A DNA stretch of 64,000 bases, taken from NCBI GenBank assembly GCA_963750935.1, contig CAVVSR010000004.1, positions 20,829 to 84,828 on the forward strand, read 5' to 3'. A program made the translations under genes and the position numbers. This document shows positions 28,535 to 37,842 of this stretch, in pieces (positions within the stretch are counted from its first letter, which is position 1; each line of letters opens with the position of its first letter). The notes beneath the pieces are model-generated. The model saw only the letters and a list, made by a program, of their open reading frames with translations. It did not search any database and was not told the origin of the DNA. Source of the stretch: an uncultured Acidobacteriota bacterium. GTDB taxonomy: Bacteria; Acidobacteriota; Vicinamibacteria; Vicinamibacterales; 2-12-FULL-66-21.

Positions 28535-30295
28535 TCACCGGTCGGCGCAGCGATACGACGCCGCGTCGGCGGCGGGGCCGCCAAGATATTTCGGGAACTG
28601 CGGGTAGGAACACAGCGGCAGCGTGCGTCCGCCGCCGGTCAGGGCGATCGACATGCCCGGAGCAGCACGCCGCTCGACCCAATCGACGAGCAGCGCAAAC
28701 CGCTCGAACGTCGTCGGCAGCGGCGTCCGCTCCAGCGGCTTGCCGGCGCCGTCGATGTCGGCAGTGCGCGCCATCAACCCGTGATTGGCCTGGGGGATGA
28801 CGAACAGCCGCGCGAACTCGTCGACGGTGCGACGCCCCATCGTGTCGAGGACCGACTGGTAGTAGTCGAGTTGGGCACCCGGCGACGCGAGCGTGTCGTC
28901 CGTGCCGATGGTGACGATCATCTTTCCGCCGCGCTTCGCGAAGGGCCGGAGATCCGGATCGGTCGAATCGAGCACCGCGGAGAGCTCCTCGCGGCGGCGG
29001 TTCCAGCGATCGCCCTCGACGTAATCGAGCGGGTTCGCGGCCAGGTCGCGCATCAGGAAGCCGGTCACGCCGAGGACGCCGAGATGGCCGTGCACCGGCG
29101 CATCCGCGGCCGCCCCTTCCTGTCCCCTGAAGCGCACGTCGGCGATGAGGCCGCTGCCGGACGGGTCGGTGTTTGGCACCCACATGCCGAAGGTCGTGGC
29201 GCGGTGCGCCAGCGGCGTCGCGAATCGATAGCGGCTGTAGACGAACTCGAGGGTCGAGATCTGCCCGTCGGTCAGGCAGGCGGCGGCGGTCGCGTCGGAC
29301 GGATTCGGATCGACGTTGTCCGGACAGCGTCTGGCGGCCCACGGCCGGCGGCCCGGTGTGCCCTGCTTGACGTCGAAGATCGCCCGGCACGCCATGTAGG
29401 CGTTGATGACGCCGTCGGTCAGGCCGTCGAGCTGATCGCACTGCCGCACGAACTCGGCGCGGATCGCGTTGGTCTTGGCGCGCGTGATCCAGTTGGCCGC
29501 CGGCTTCTCCTGAATCCGGACCAGCTCCGGCGCCAGCATCAGCGACGAGAGCCCGACGATCGGCACGTTGGCGATCACGCCGTCGTAGTCCGCGGGATAG
29601 CGCTGCGCGACGGTCAGGCCTTCGCGTCCGCCCTGCGAGGTGCCGGTGAAGTAGGTGTAGCGCGGCGCTTCGCCGTAGACGCGACGGATCAGCGCGTGCG
29701 CGGCGTCGTGCGTTTTCTTCAACTGCAGGTAGCCGAGGTTGCGGATGGCTTCCTCGTTGAGCGCCCAGTCGTTGGACGCCGGCTCGCCACTCCTGCCCCG
29801 GCCAAACGACGACTGGTGACCGGAGTCGCTGCCGTAGGTCACGAAGCCCCACTGCGCCGGCGAGCGGCCGTCGATCGGATACTGCGCGCCGCGCAGGTCC
29901 GGAACGACCCCGTTCATGCCGCCGCCACCATGCTGCACCGCACGGCGATTCCACTCGGCGGGCAGCCAGACGCGGAAGTTGATGCGCCTGGCGGAGGGCG
30001 CCTGATCGATCGGCGCCATCGATCCGTCGACCTCGCATCGTGCCGGCAGCGACTCGCTGGCCGGCACCCACTTCGGTTCGAGCAGCGTCACTGCCGACAC
30101 CGGTTCGCCGATGGCGCTCGCCGGAATCGAGTCGCCAAGCTTCGCGACCGTGCAGTCGGCTGCGGTGATCACCACGGGACGATCGCCGAAGCGCGCGGCG
30201 GCGGGCGTCGCGGCCGGCTGGGCCGACGGACTCGCCCCGCCGGCGCTGACGGCCATCGAGAGCGCGCCCGCGGCCGTCAGGAACCGGACGTTCAT
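28535..30295 (-). CDS. Exported tannase/feruloyl esterase family protein
   Basis: WLPAEWNRR..QHGGGGMNG, GSDSGH, YFTGTSQGGREG..AQRYPADYDG, PDLRPFAKRGGKMI, PLCSYP. ATG at 30295 overlaps the upstream stop. Confidence 0.9.
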   Translation of the reverse strand: MNVRFLTAAGALSMAVSAGGASPSAQPAATPAAARFGDRPVVITAADCTVAKLGDSIPASAIGEPVSAVTLLEPKWVPASESLPARCEVDGSMAPIDQAPSARRINFRVWLPAEWNRRAVQHGGGGMNGVVPDLRGAQYPIDGRSPAQWGFVTYGSDSGHQSSFGRGRSGEPASNDWALNEEAIRNLGYLQLKKTHDAAHALIRRVYGEAPRYTYFTGTSQGGREGLTVAQRYPADYDGVIANVPIVGLSSLMLAPELVRIQEKPAANWITRAKTNAIRAEFVRQCDQLDGLTDGVINAYMACRAIFDVKQGTPGRRPWAARRCPDNVDPNPSDATAAACLTDGQISTLEFVYSRYRFATPLAHRATTFGMWVPNTDPSGSGLIADVRFRGQEGAAADAPVHGHLGVLGVTGFLMRDLAANPLDYVEGDRWNRRREELSAVLDSTDPDLRPFAKRGGKMIVTIGTDDTLASPGAQLDYYQSVLDTMGRRTVDEFARLFVIPQANHGLMARTADIDGAGKPLERTPLPTTFERFALLVDWVERRAAPGMSIALTGGGRTLPLCSYPQFPKYLGGPAADAASYRCADR

Positions 30296-31894
30296 GGGTT
30301 CAGCACGAACGCGACGAGCCGGCTCCCCGCTCCCGCAATCACGTACTGCAGGCCGTCGAGCTCGTAGGTGATCGGCCCGTTGGTCACGCTGTTGCCGACG
30401 CGCGCGTTCCAGAGCGGCTCGCCGGTGGTGGCGTTGTAGGCGCCGATGCCGCCGGCCGCGGCATTGAACAGGACGTTGCCCGCGGTGGTCAGGATGCCGG
30501 AGTTGCCGCCGTAACGGGGCATGCTCCAGCGCACCTTGCCGGTCTTGTAGTCGATCGCCTTCAACTGTGGCTGCTCGGCATAGCCGCCGCGATCGGTGCC
30601 GCCCCACCCCATCGGATTGTCGCTGGCGTCGTAGATGTACCAGACGCTGAACGCCCGCGTGGCATTCACATAGAAGAGGCCGGTCTGCGGACTGAAGCTC
30701 GGGGGAAACCAGTTGGTCGCGCCCCCCTGGTTCGGGCGTGACGAGCGCGCCGGCGATCTGCGGCCGCTTCTCCGGGTTCGGAATCGGCTGCCCCTTGCCG
30801 TCGTAGTCGAGGCTCCAGTTCGTCTTGATGTACTCCGACGAGACGACCGCCTTGCCGTTGGTCCGGTCGAGCAGGAAGAAGTGGCCGTTGCGCGACGCCT
30901 GCGCGATCAGCTTGCGCGGCTGGCCGTTGATCGTGCCGTCGAAGACCACCGCCGTCTGCGTCGCGTCCCAGTCGTGCGTGTCGTGCGGCGACGACTGGAA
31001 GTACCAGACCATCTTGCCCGTGTCGGCGTCGAGCGCCACGATCGACGCGGTGAACAGGTTGGCGCCTTCGCGGTTCTTGAACGCCACCACCGGCTGCGGG
31101 TTCCCGGTCGTCACGTAGATGTGATTCAGCACGGGGTCGTAGGTGATCGGCTGCCACGTCATGCCGCCGCCGTGCTTGGCCATGTCCAGGTTCGGCCAGG
31201 TGTCGAGCCCCGGTTCGCCTTCCTTCTGCGGCGTCACGTACCAGCGCCAGATCAGGTCGCCGTTCTCCGGGCTCCGCGCTTCGAGATACGCCGGCACGTC
31301 GAGGTCGTCGCCGCTCGGCCCGAGAATCAGCTTGTCCTTCACGACCACCGGCGCGATCGAGCCGTAATACATCATCTCCAGCGAGCAGAACTCCTTGGCC
31401 CACTTCTCGACGCCGGTCTTGATGTCGAGCGCCACGAGGTTGCAGTCCGTGGTGACGAAGTACACGGTGGTGCCGTGCACGGCGACGCCGCGATTGCCGA
31501 TCAGGATGCCGCCGCGGCTGCGGGTGAACGTGTAGTGCCACAGCTCGCGGCCGGTCCGCGCCTCGACCGCATACACGTGATTCGGCGTGGTGAAGTAGAG
31601 CACCCCGCCGATCTGGAGCGGCGTCGCCTTGATCGTGCCCCCGCCCGGCAGGTCGTAGAGCCACGCCAGGCTCAGATGCTTCACGTTGGCCGCCGTGATC
31701 TTGTTCAGGCTGCTGAAGCGGCGGCCGGAATAGTCCCCGTTGTAGGTCGGCCAGGAATCGCTCGACGGCTTTTCGATCTGTGCGGTGGTCAGGCCGGCCG
31801 ACCCGCCGGCCGGCGCGGCCTGCGGCGAGGGCTGCTGTGCGGCGAGCGCCGCCGACAGGAGAACGGCGGCGCAAAGACAGGTGACGACTCTCAT
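30292..31894 (-). CDS. PQQ-dependent dehydrogenase-like protein (acido-empty-quinoprotein group A type); frame break at about 30730
   Basis: WPTYNGDYSGRRFS, IKATPL, GGGMTW, SPHDTHDWDA, QASRNG; C-terminal NGPITYELDGLQY in the next frame. Confidence 0.88.
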
Positions 31895-32831
31895 TTCAGG
31901 GTCTCCAGGTAGGCAACCAGATCGTGAATCTGCTTGTCGCTGATGCGGTCGAGCAGGTCGATGTGCGCTTGCAGCGGGACGACCCTGGTGACCTTGATGC
32001 CCGGGGTGCGACGGACGACGCGAAGCGTGCCGTCCGTTTCACGCACGGTGATGTGGAAGTCGCTCTCCTCGACCAGCACTCCGGACACCGCGGGACCGGA
32101 CGCCGGCGTCAGCGTCACGGTGACGGCGTTCCGATCGACCGGCGGAGGTGTGCCGGTCGGATTGGCCGCCGCGCCGCCGCTCCCCGGCCGCCCCGTCCGC
32201 GGCCGCGTCCGCCGCCGCCGGGGAACAGCATCCGCTGCTGCAGGTCGACCGGGACCGGGATGCGCGTCGCGATTCCCGCAAGGTTGCGGTCGGTGGCGGT
32301 ATGGCACGTCGCGCACCCGCCGTCGCCCTTGAAATACGCCTCGCCAGCCTTCGCGTCGCCGACGACGATGTCGCCGACCGTGAACAGCGGCGAGCCGCGC
32401 ATCGTGTCGTTGACGCGCTGGCGGAGGAAATTCGCCAGCCCCACCACCTCGTCGTCAGTGAACGACTCGCTCGGCTTCTTGCTCTGCGTCGGGTGACCGG
32501 CCTTCAGAAAGGGCCCGAGGACGCTGCCGGCCACGGCCGCGAACCGATCGTAGTTCACCGTCTTCGTCCGGATGATGTTCGGGCCGGTATCCGACCCGCG
32601 CGCCTGCGAGCCATGGCAGTCGATGCAATGGCTCGCCCACAACGCGCGGCCGCGATCGTGAGCCGTCTGATCGACGACCAGGCGGGGCGCCGGCTGCACC
32701 GCGGGAGTCTGGGCCGGCGGCGGTGCGCCGCGTCCTCCGCCGCCCGGAGGCCCCTGCGCCGGGAGCATGGTGACCGCACAGAACACCACGGCCACACCCA
32801 TCGAGATCCGCTGACCCACACCGATGCCCAT
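31891..32831 (-). CDS. Diheme c-type cytochrome, partner of the quinoprotein; frame break at about 32190
   Basis: GGAGG RBS, signal peptide, CIDCH, GDAKAGEAYF..CATCH, C-terminal IHDLVAYLETLK overlapping the quinoprotein start. Confidence 0.88.
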
Positions 32832-32959
32832 CCGGACTCCTCCACTGCGAACCGCGCGCGCCCCGGTTCTCTCCCACGATGACCCTGGCATGCCGGGAGC
32901 GCCGCGCTGGCGACGCGGCCCCAAGTCTACCTGCGGTTCAGCCGGGACGAAAAGCTAGT

Positions 32960-33105
32960 CGGTGCTGAGTGCTGAGTGCTTGGTGCTGAGTGCTTGGTGC
33001 TTGGTGCGGGGTGTGGGGTGTGGGGTGCGGGGTGCGGGGTGCGGGAACCTTGTCGGGATCGGTGATCAGTGATCGGTGATCCCCGATCCCCGGTCACCGA
33101 TCACG
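32960..33105. repeat. GTGCT(G/T)(A/G) and GTG(C/T)GGG heptamer array followed by a GATCGGT inverted pair
   Basis: gtgctgagtgctgagtgcttg...gtgcggggtgtgggg; gatcggtgatcagtgatcggtga...tcaccgatcac. Confidence 0.75.
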
Positions 33106-33119
33106 ACAGCATCATTCCT

Positions 33120-33569
33120 TCAGCTCCGCTGCCGCCCCCGGGCCCGCCACAGCCACCCGAGCATCGTCAGCACCGACAGGCCGACGGCGCCGCGCCGCAT
33201 CATCACGGCCGACGAGTCGGAAATGCGGCGAGACGGGTGCGCGAATCGCATCTCGCGGCCGGCCCGGCGATCGGGCTGACCACCGGCCCATTGCCAGCCC
33301 GCGGCCCATGCCGAACGGCGGGGGGAGCGTTCGTCGTGAGGGTTGTGATGAGCGGGCGCACCGGACCATCGCCCCTGCGCGCCGGCGCGCCACGCGTCCT
33401 TCCACTCGTCGACGCGCGCATCCTGGCGTGCGTAGCGCCACCGGCGCGGCCACGCCAGCAGGCCTTGAGGCACGCGGCGCCCCTGGCGGCGCGGCGTTCG
33501 ACGGTCGGTGACGGCTCGGCTTGGTTCGGTAGTAGGTGATTCGGATGAGGTCGAGGGTGTCGGCGGCAT
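33120..33569 (-). CDS. Hypothetical protein with RMF/CrpP-like motif and C-terminal TM helix
   Basis: AWRAGAQGRWSG...NPH...RSAWAAGWQWA; C-terminal AVGLSVLTMLGWLW. Confidence 0.55.
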   Translation of the reverse strand: MPPTPSTSSESPTTEPSRAVTDRRTPRRQGRRVPQGLLAWPRRWRYARQDARVDEWKDAWRAGAQGRWSGAPAHHNPHDERSPRRSAWAAGWQWAGGQPDRRAGREMRFAHPSRRISDSSAVMMRRGAVGLSVLTMLGWLWRARGRQRS

Positions 33570-33656
33570 AGCGAAGAGTCGGGTCCCTGGCAACGCTCGA
33601 TTGCTATTCCAATCCCGTTCCAGTTCTGAGCGCACGCCGATCTGAACCGCGACTCG

Positions 33657-33868
33657 CTATTTCATGACCGGCGTCACGGTCGGTCCAGGCGCCGTCGTCA
33701 CCCAACGTCCGTCGAGACGAACGACGAACTGTCCGTATCGCCGCGCCGGCCGGTGACGCGAAAGCCAACGTCGGTACCTGATAGGACGACGGGCTCGGCA
33801 AGTAGTTCCGTGACCACCTGACGCTCGCTGCCCCACGCGTATCCCGCCGCCGCGGCAACGATGAGCAT
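33657..33868 (-). pseudogene. Small exported protein, frame-broken
   Basis: MLIVAAAAGYAWG...EPVVLSGTDVGFRVTGRRGD continues in another frame as GQFVVRLDGRWV. Confidence 0.35.
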
Positions 33869-33922
33869 GATCCATGTACTCCTAATCGAGAATCCAGGGG
33901 ATTGAATCGCGGTGACAAAGGC

Positions 33923-33972
33923 GGGATCGGGAACCGGGGAGCGGGGAGCGGGGAGCGGGGAGCGGGGAGCGC
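33923..33972. repeat. GGGGAGC heptamer tandem repeat (about 5 copies)
   Basis: ggggagcggggagcggggagcggggagcggggagcg. Confidence 0.8.
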
Positions 33973-34027
33973 AGACTAGGAGACCTCATCAGCGCGGCAC
34001 ACTGATGGTGCCGTCATACTGAAGCAG

Positions 34028-34351
34028 ATGGACGCGACCCGGCTGGCACACCTCATCGAGAGCGGCGTACCGCCACTCGTGCTCGACGTCCGCTCCGCGC
34101 GGGAGTTCGACGCGGGTCACATTCGCGGCGCGCGCCATCGTCCGTTCCAGCTGACGGTCGCGGGTCTGCCCGGGGTGGGTCGTGACCAGCCGATCGTCGT
34201 CTATTGCGGCCACGGGCCGCGGGCGCAGTTCGCGGCGTGGATGCTCCGCCTGCACGGGTTCTCGCAGGTGGCCTGCCTGACGGGCCACATGGCCGAATGG
34301 CGCCGTCGCGAGCTGCCCGAAGCGAGCGGATCGCGCGCTTCGCCGCCATGA
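34028..34351 (+). CDS. Rhodanese-like domain protein
   Basis: LDVRSAREFDAGHIRGA, VVYCGHGPRA, LTGHMAEW. Confidence 0.9.
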   Translation: MDATRLAHLIESGVPPLVLDVRSAREFDAGHIRGARHRPFQLTVAGLPGVGRDQPIVVYCGHGPRAQFAAWMLRLHGFSQVACLTGHMAEWRRRELPEASGSRASPP

Positions 34352-34421
34352 GTACACGCCTCCGTCGCTGCGGCGTCCTTGCCGCGCACCTCTCGGCCGG
34401 ATGGGATAGAGTCTTGGCCAC

Positions 34422-34820
34422 ATGCCCGTCACCTGGACCATCGATTCGTCCCGTCGGCGCTCCGTCGTCGTCATCACCGACCCCTACACCATCGACGATT
34501 GGCGCGCTGCGATGAACGACGTGCTGGCGCACCCGCAGTTCGGTCCCGATTTCGATTTCCTGGTCGATCGGCGGCTCGCCACGGCGCCGACGACGGCGTA
34601 CCTGCGTCACGGGATCGACTTCATGCTCGCGCACGCGCCGCGAATCGGCCAGGTCCGCGCCGCCGCAGTGGTCGCCGACACCCCTGTCGCCCTCGGCATG
34701 TCGCACCTGGCGGCCACGATGGCCGAGATGAAGGGGGCCGCGCTCGCGCTGCGGACGTTTGCGTCGATGGAAGACGCCGAGCGCTGGCTCGCCGTGGGCG
34801 CGCCGGCCACGACCACCTGA
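34422..34820 (+). CDS. Hypothetical SpoIIAA/STAS-like alpha/beta protein
   Basis: FLVDRR, AAAVV, and the C-terminal FASMEDAERWL typical of the SpoIIAA-like family. Confidence 0.6.
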   Translation: MPVTWTIDSSRRRSVVVITDPYTIDDWRAAMNDVLAHPQFGPDFDFLVDRRLATAPTTAYLRHGIDFMLAHAPRIGQVRAAAVVADTPVALGMSHLAATMAEMKGAALALRTFASMEDAERWLAVGAPATTT

Positions 34821-34974
34821 ACTCCCAACCTCCAACTCCCAACTCCCAACTCTCAATCGGAGCCGATCGGTAGGGCAGCGCGGAAATCGCACCCAGGTAA
34901 CCGCTCGTGTCGACTTCCACCAGGCTCGTCGAAGCGTTCCGTTTGGGAGTTGGAAATTGGGAGTTGGGAGTTAG
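34820..34974. repeat. AACTCCC/GGGAGTT-armed hairpin element, copy A
   Basis: Inverted heptamer arms. The core, reverse-complemented, is ttcgacgagcctggtggaagtcgacacga, shared with copy C. Confidence 0.8.
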
Positions 34975-34981
34975 AGATTTG

Positions 34982-35161
34982 TCAGGTTTCGAGCAACGCC
35001 TGCACGATCGTGTCGATGCGCTGGAGCGCTTCTCCGGCGAGCTTGAGCCGCGCCGCGGGATCGTCGGTGAGCGAGGCTTCGAGCCGCTTCAGGCTGCTGA
35101 CCTCGCGTATCTCGCGAAGGCCCTGGGTGAGGAGCTCGACACGCGCGGCCGGATCGTCCAT
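34982..35161 (-). CDS. Small helical protein, 59 aa (not in the ORF track)
   Basis: MDDPAARVELLTQGLREIREVSSLKRLEASLTDDPAARLKLAGEALQRIDTIVQALLET; GC3-rich codons. Confidence 0.55.
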   Translation of the reverse strand: MDDPAARVELLTQGLREIREVSSLKRLEASLTDDPAARLKLAGEALQRIDTIVQALLET

Positions 35162-35312
35162 GCGGCCGATGATACTGCGACGATCCGCCGCCGGCTGGCC
35201 ATCCGTTTCGCCATTCCCCGCATCGCGATCAACGTCCCCCGGCCGGCCCGCGTCCTACGGGCGGCGGCACGCCGCTGCCATGTGCTAGCCTCCAGTCCAG
35301 GGAGATCCGCCG

Positions 35313-37757
35313 ATGCATCTGCTGTTCGACGATGTCCGTGACGCGGTCCGCAGCCTCCGCACCCAACCGAAGTTCCTGATCATCACGACGCTGACGCTGG
35401 CGCTCGGCATCGGCGCCGTGACCGCCATCTTCAGCGTCGTCAACGGCGTGCTGTTCAAGCCGCTGCCGTATCCCCACGCCGATCGCCTCGTGAACGTGTG
35501 GAGCACCGCGCCCGGCCTCAATTACGACCAGTTTCCGCTGTCGCCCGATCTGTTCCTCTTCTACCGGAAGCACAACCAGGTCTTCGAAGACATGGCGCTG
35601 ATGAACCGCCGCCGCGCCAACGTCACCGAGTCGGGATCGCCGGAAGTCGTCGACGCCCTGGTGACGACGCACAGCTACTTCGACACGCTCGGCGTCGGCT
35701 TCGCGCGCGGCCGCCCCTATACCGCCGACGAGGACCGGCCGGAGGGAGCCCGCGTCGTCGTTCTCAGCCACCGGCTGTGGACCCGGCGTTATGGCGCCGA
35801 CCCCGGACTGATCGGGCGTCCGGTCCGCATCGACGGTGAGCCCGCGCAGGTCGTCGGCATCGCGCCGGGCTGGATGGATCGGGCCGGAACGCCCGACGTC
35901 TGGATGCCGGCGCGCTTCAACGCGGCCAACCCGCCGATCGGCAGCTTCGGATGGAATGCGATCGGACGCCTGAAGGCCGGCGTGCGGCCGGAGCAGGCGG
36001 CGACACACCTCGAGCCGCTCGTCAAGCGGGCGATGAGCGACTACATCCAGAGCGACAACTACCGCGCCTTCCTGACCGACGGCCGTTATCGCCCGATCGT
36101 GCACGACATGAAGGAGGACATCATCGGCGGCGTGCGCGAGCCGCTCCTGATCCTGCTCGGCACGGTCGCGATGGTGCTGCTGGTCGCGTGCGGCAACGTC
36201 GCCAACCTGTGTCTCGTTCGGGCCGAGTCGCGGCAGCGCGAGATCGCCGTCCGCGTCGCGCTCGGCGGCAGCCGCGCCGGCCTGATTCGGAAGCTGCTCG
36301 CCGAGGCCTTCGTCCTCTCCGCGATCGGCACGCTGCTCGGGATCGCCGTCGCGGCCGCGGCTCTTCCGGTACTCCTCCGGCTGGCGCCGCAGACGATACC
36401 AAGGCTCGAACTGGTGCGCGTGGACGGGACGGTGCTGCTGTTCGCGACGGCAGCGGCCGTGCTGTCGGCGCTGCTCTTCGGACTGATACCGGCGATTCGC
36501 TACACGCGGACAAACGTGCTCGCGTCCCTGCGTCACGGCGGCCGCAGCGCCACCGATCATCCGTCGCGGCAGCGGGGCCGCCAGCTGCTGGTCGTCGCGC
36601 AAACCGCAATGGCGCTGGTGCTGCTCGTCGGCTCGGGCCTGCTGGCCCGCAGCTTCTCGCGGCTGATGTCGGCGGAACAGGGATTCACGCCAGCCAACGT
36701 CCTCTCCTTCCGCGTCGCGCTGCCGCCGACCACCTATCCCAAGTCGCCGGAAGTCGTGCGGTTCACCCAGCAGCTCGTCGATCGGCTGGCGGAGCTGCCG
36801 GGCGTCGAGGGCGCGGGCGCGACGACGGAACTGCCGGTCGCCGCGAGCACGTCGGGCACGGCGTTCGAATTCGACGGCCGCCCGGTCGAAGCCGGCCGTC
36901 TGCCGCCGCTCGTCCACTACTCGACGGTCACGCCGGGCTACTTCAAGACGCTGCAGGTCTCGCTGCTCCGCGGCGCCGACTTCGACTCGAGCGATCAGCG
37001 CGAAGGCGCGCGCACGGTCATCGTCAATCGCGCCGCGGCCAACATGTACTGGCCGGGCCAGGACGCGATCGGCAAGCGGGTGCGCGGCGCCGGCCGCGGC
37101 GCCGATCGCCCCTGGCTCGTGGTCAAGGGCGTCGTCGCGGACGTCCGCCACGAAGGCCTGCGCGAACCGCCGCGCCCGCTGATCTACTTTCCGCTCAACC
37201 CGAATGACGACGCCGCACCGCGGGCCTTCAGCTATGTCATCCGGGGACCGCGCGCGACTGGTCAGGCCGACCTGGTGCGCCAGACGGTCTGGGCGCTCAA
37301 CCCTGACCTGCCGGTGGCGTCGGTCGAAACGATGGACGCGGTGGTGGAGCGCTCGGTCACGGAGTTCTCGTTCACCATGCTCGCCCTCGGCATCGCCGCG
37401 GGCGTGTCGCTGCTGCTCGGCGCCATCGGGCTCTACGGCGTGCTGTCGTATGCGGTGAGCCTGCGGACGCGCGAGATCGGCGTGCGGCTGGCGCTCGGGG
37501 CGCCGCCGTCGCGCGTCAAGCGCGGGATCCTGGCCAACGCCGCGGCAATCACCGGCATCGGCCTCGCGATCGGCGCGCTGGGCGCGGCCGCGCTGTCGAG
37601 ATTCCTCAGCGGGCTGCTCTACGAAACGAAGCCGCTGGACCTGCCGACGTTCGCCGCGATGTCGGCGCTGCTGTTCGCGGTCGGCCTGTTCGCCGCCTAC
37701 CTGCCCGCCCGCAAGGCCGCCTCGGTCAGCCCGATGGAGGCGATGCGGGGGGAGTAA
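35313..37757 (+). CDS. ABC permease, ADOP-type duplicated MacB/FtsX
   Basis: LTLALGIGAVTAIFSVVNGVL, LLVACGNVANL, RQREIAVRVALG, RTREIGVRLALGA, YLPARKAASVSP. Confidence 0.95.
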   Translation: MHLLFDDVRDAVRSLRTQPKFLIITTLTLALGIGAVTAIFSVVNGVLFKPLPYPHADRLVNVWSTAPGLNYDQFPLSPDLFLFYRKHNQVFEDMALMNRRRANVTESGSPEVVDALVTTHSYFDTLGVGFARGRPYTADEDRPEGARVVVLSHRLWTRRYGADPGLIGRPVRIDGEPAQVVGIAPGWMDRAGTPDVWMPARFNAANPPIGSFGWNAIGRLKAGVRPEQAATHLEPLVKRAMSDYIQSDNYRAFLTDGRYRPIVHDMKEDIIGGVREPLLILLGTVAMVLLVACGNVANLCLVRAESRQREIAVRVALGGSRAGLIRKLLAEAFVLSAIGTLLGIAVAAAALPVLLRLAPQTIPRLELVRVDGTVLLFATAAAVLSALLFGLIPAIRYTRTNVLASLRHGGRSATDHPSRQRGRQLLVVAQTAMALVLLVGSGLLARSFSRLMSAEQGFTPANVLSFRVALPPTTYPKSPEVVRFTQQLVDRLAELPGVEGAGATTELPVAASTSGTAFEFDGRPVEAGRLPPLVHYSTVTPGYFKTLQVSLLRGADFDSSDQREGARTVIVNRAAANMYWPGQDAIGKRVRGAGRGADRPWLVVKGVVADVRHEGLREPPRPLIYFPLNPNDDAAPRAFSYVIRGPRATGQADLVRQTVWALNPDLPVASVETMDAVVERSVTEFSFTMLALGIAAGVSLLLGAIGLYGVLSYAVSLRTREIGVRLALGAPPSRVKRGILANAAAITGIGLAIGALGAAALSRFLSGLLYETKPLDLPTFAAMSALLFAVGLFAAYLPARKAASVSPMEAMRGE

Positions 37758-37759
37758 GT

Positions 37760-37842
37760 GGAAAGTCAGAAGTCAGAAGTCAGAAGTTAAAAGTCAAAGG
37801 AAGTCGAACTTGGGAGTTGGAAGTTTGGGAGTTGGGAGTTTG
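37760..37842. repeat. AAGTCAG plus GGGAGTT heptamer repeats (half element)
   Basis: aagtcagaagtcagaagtcagaagttaaaagtcaaa...ttgggagttggaagtttgggagttgggagtt. Confidence 0.75.

Noticed and set aside
26190-30071. 1293 aa ORF
   Set aside because: Only the last 466 aa (from 27590) are the real cupin. The rest is an off-frame read of the tannase and SCO genes, which is common in high-GC DNA.
28535-31894. Apparent 1119 aa quinoprotein-tannase fusion
   Set aside because: Artefact of the frame break near 30730. The quinoprotein C-terminus is in another frame ending at 30292, and the tannase has its own ATG and signal peptide at 30295.
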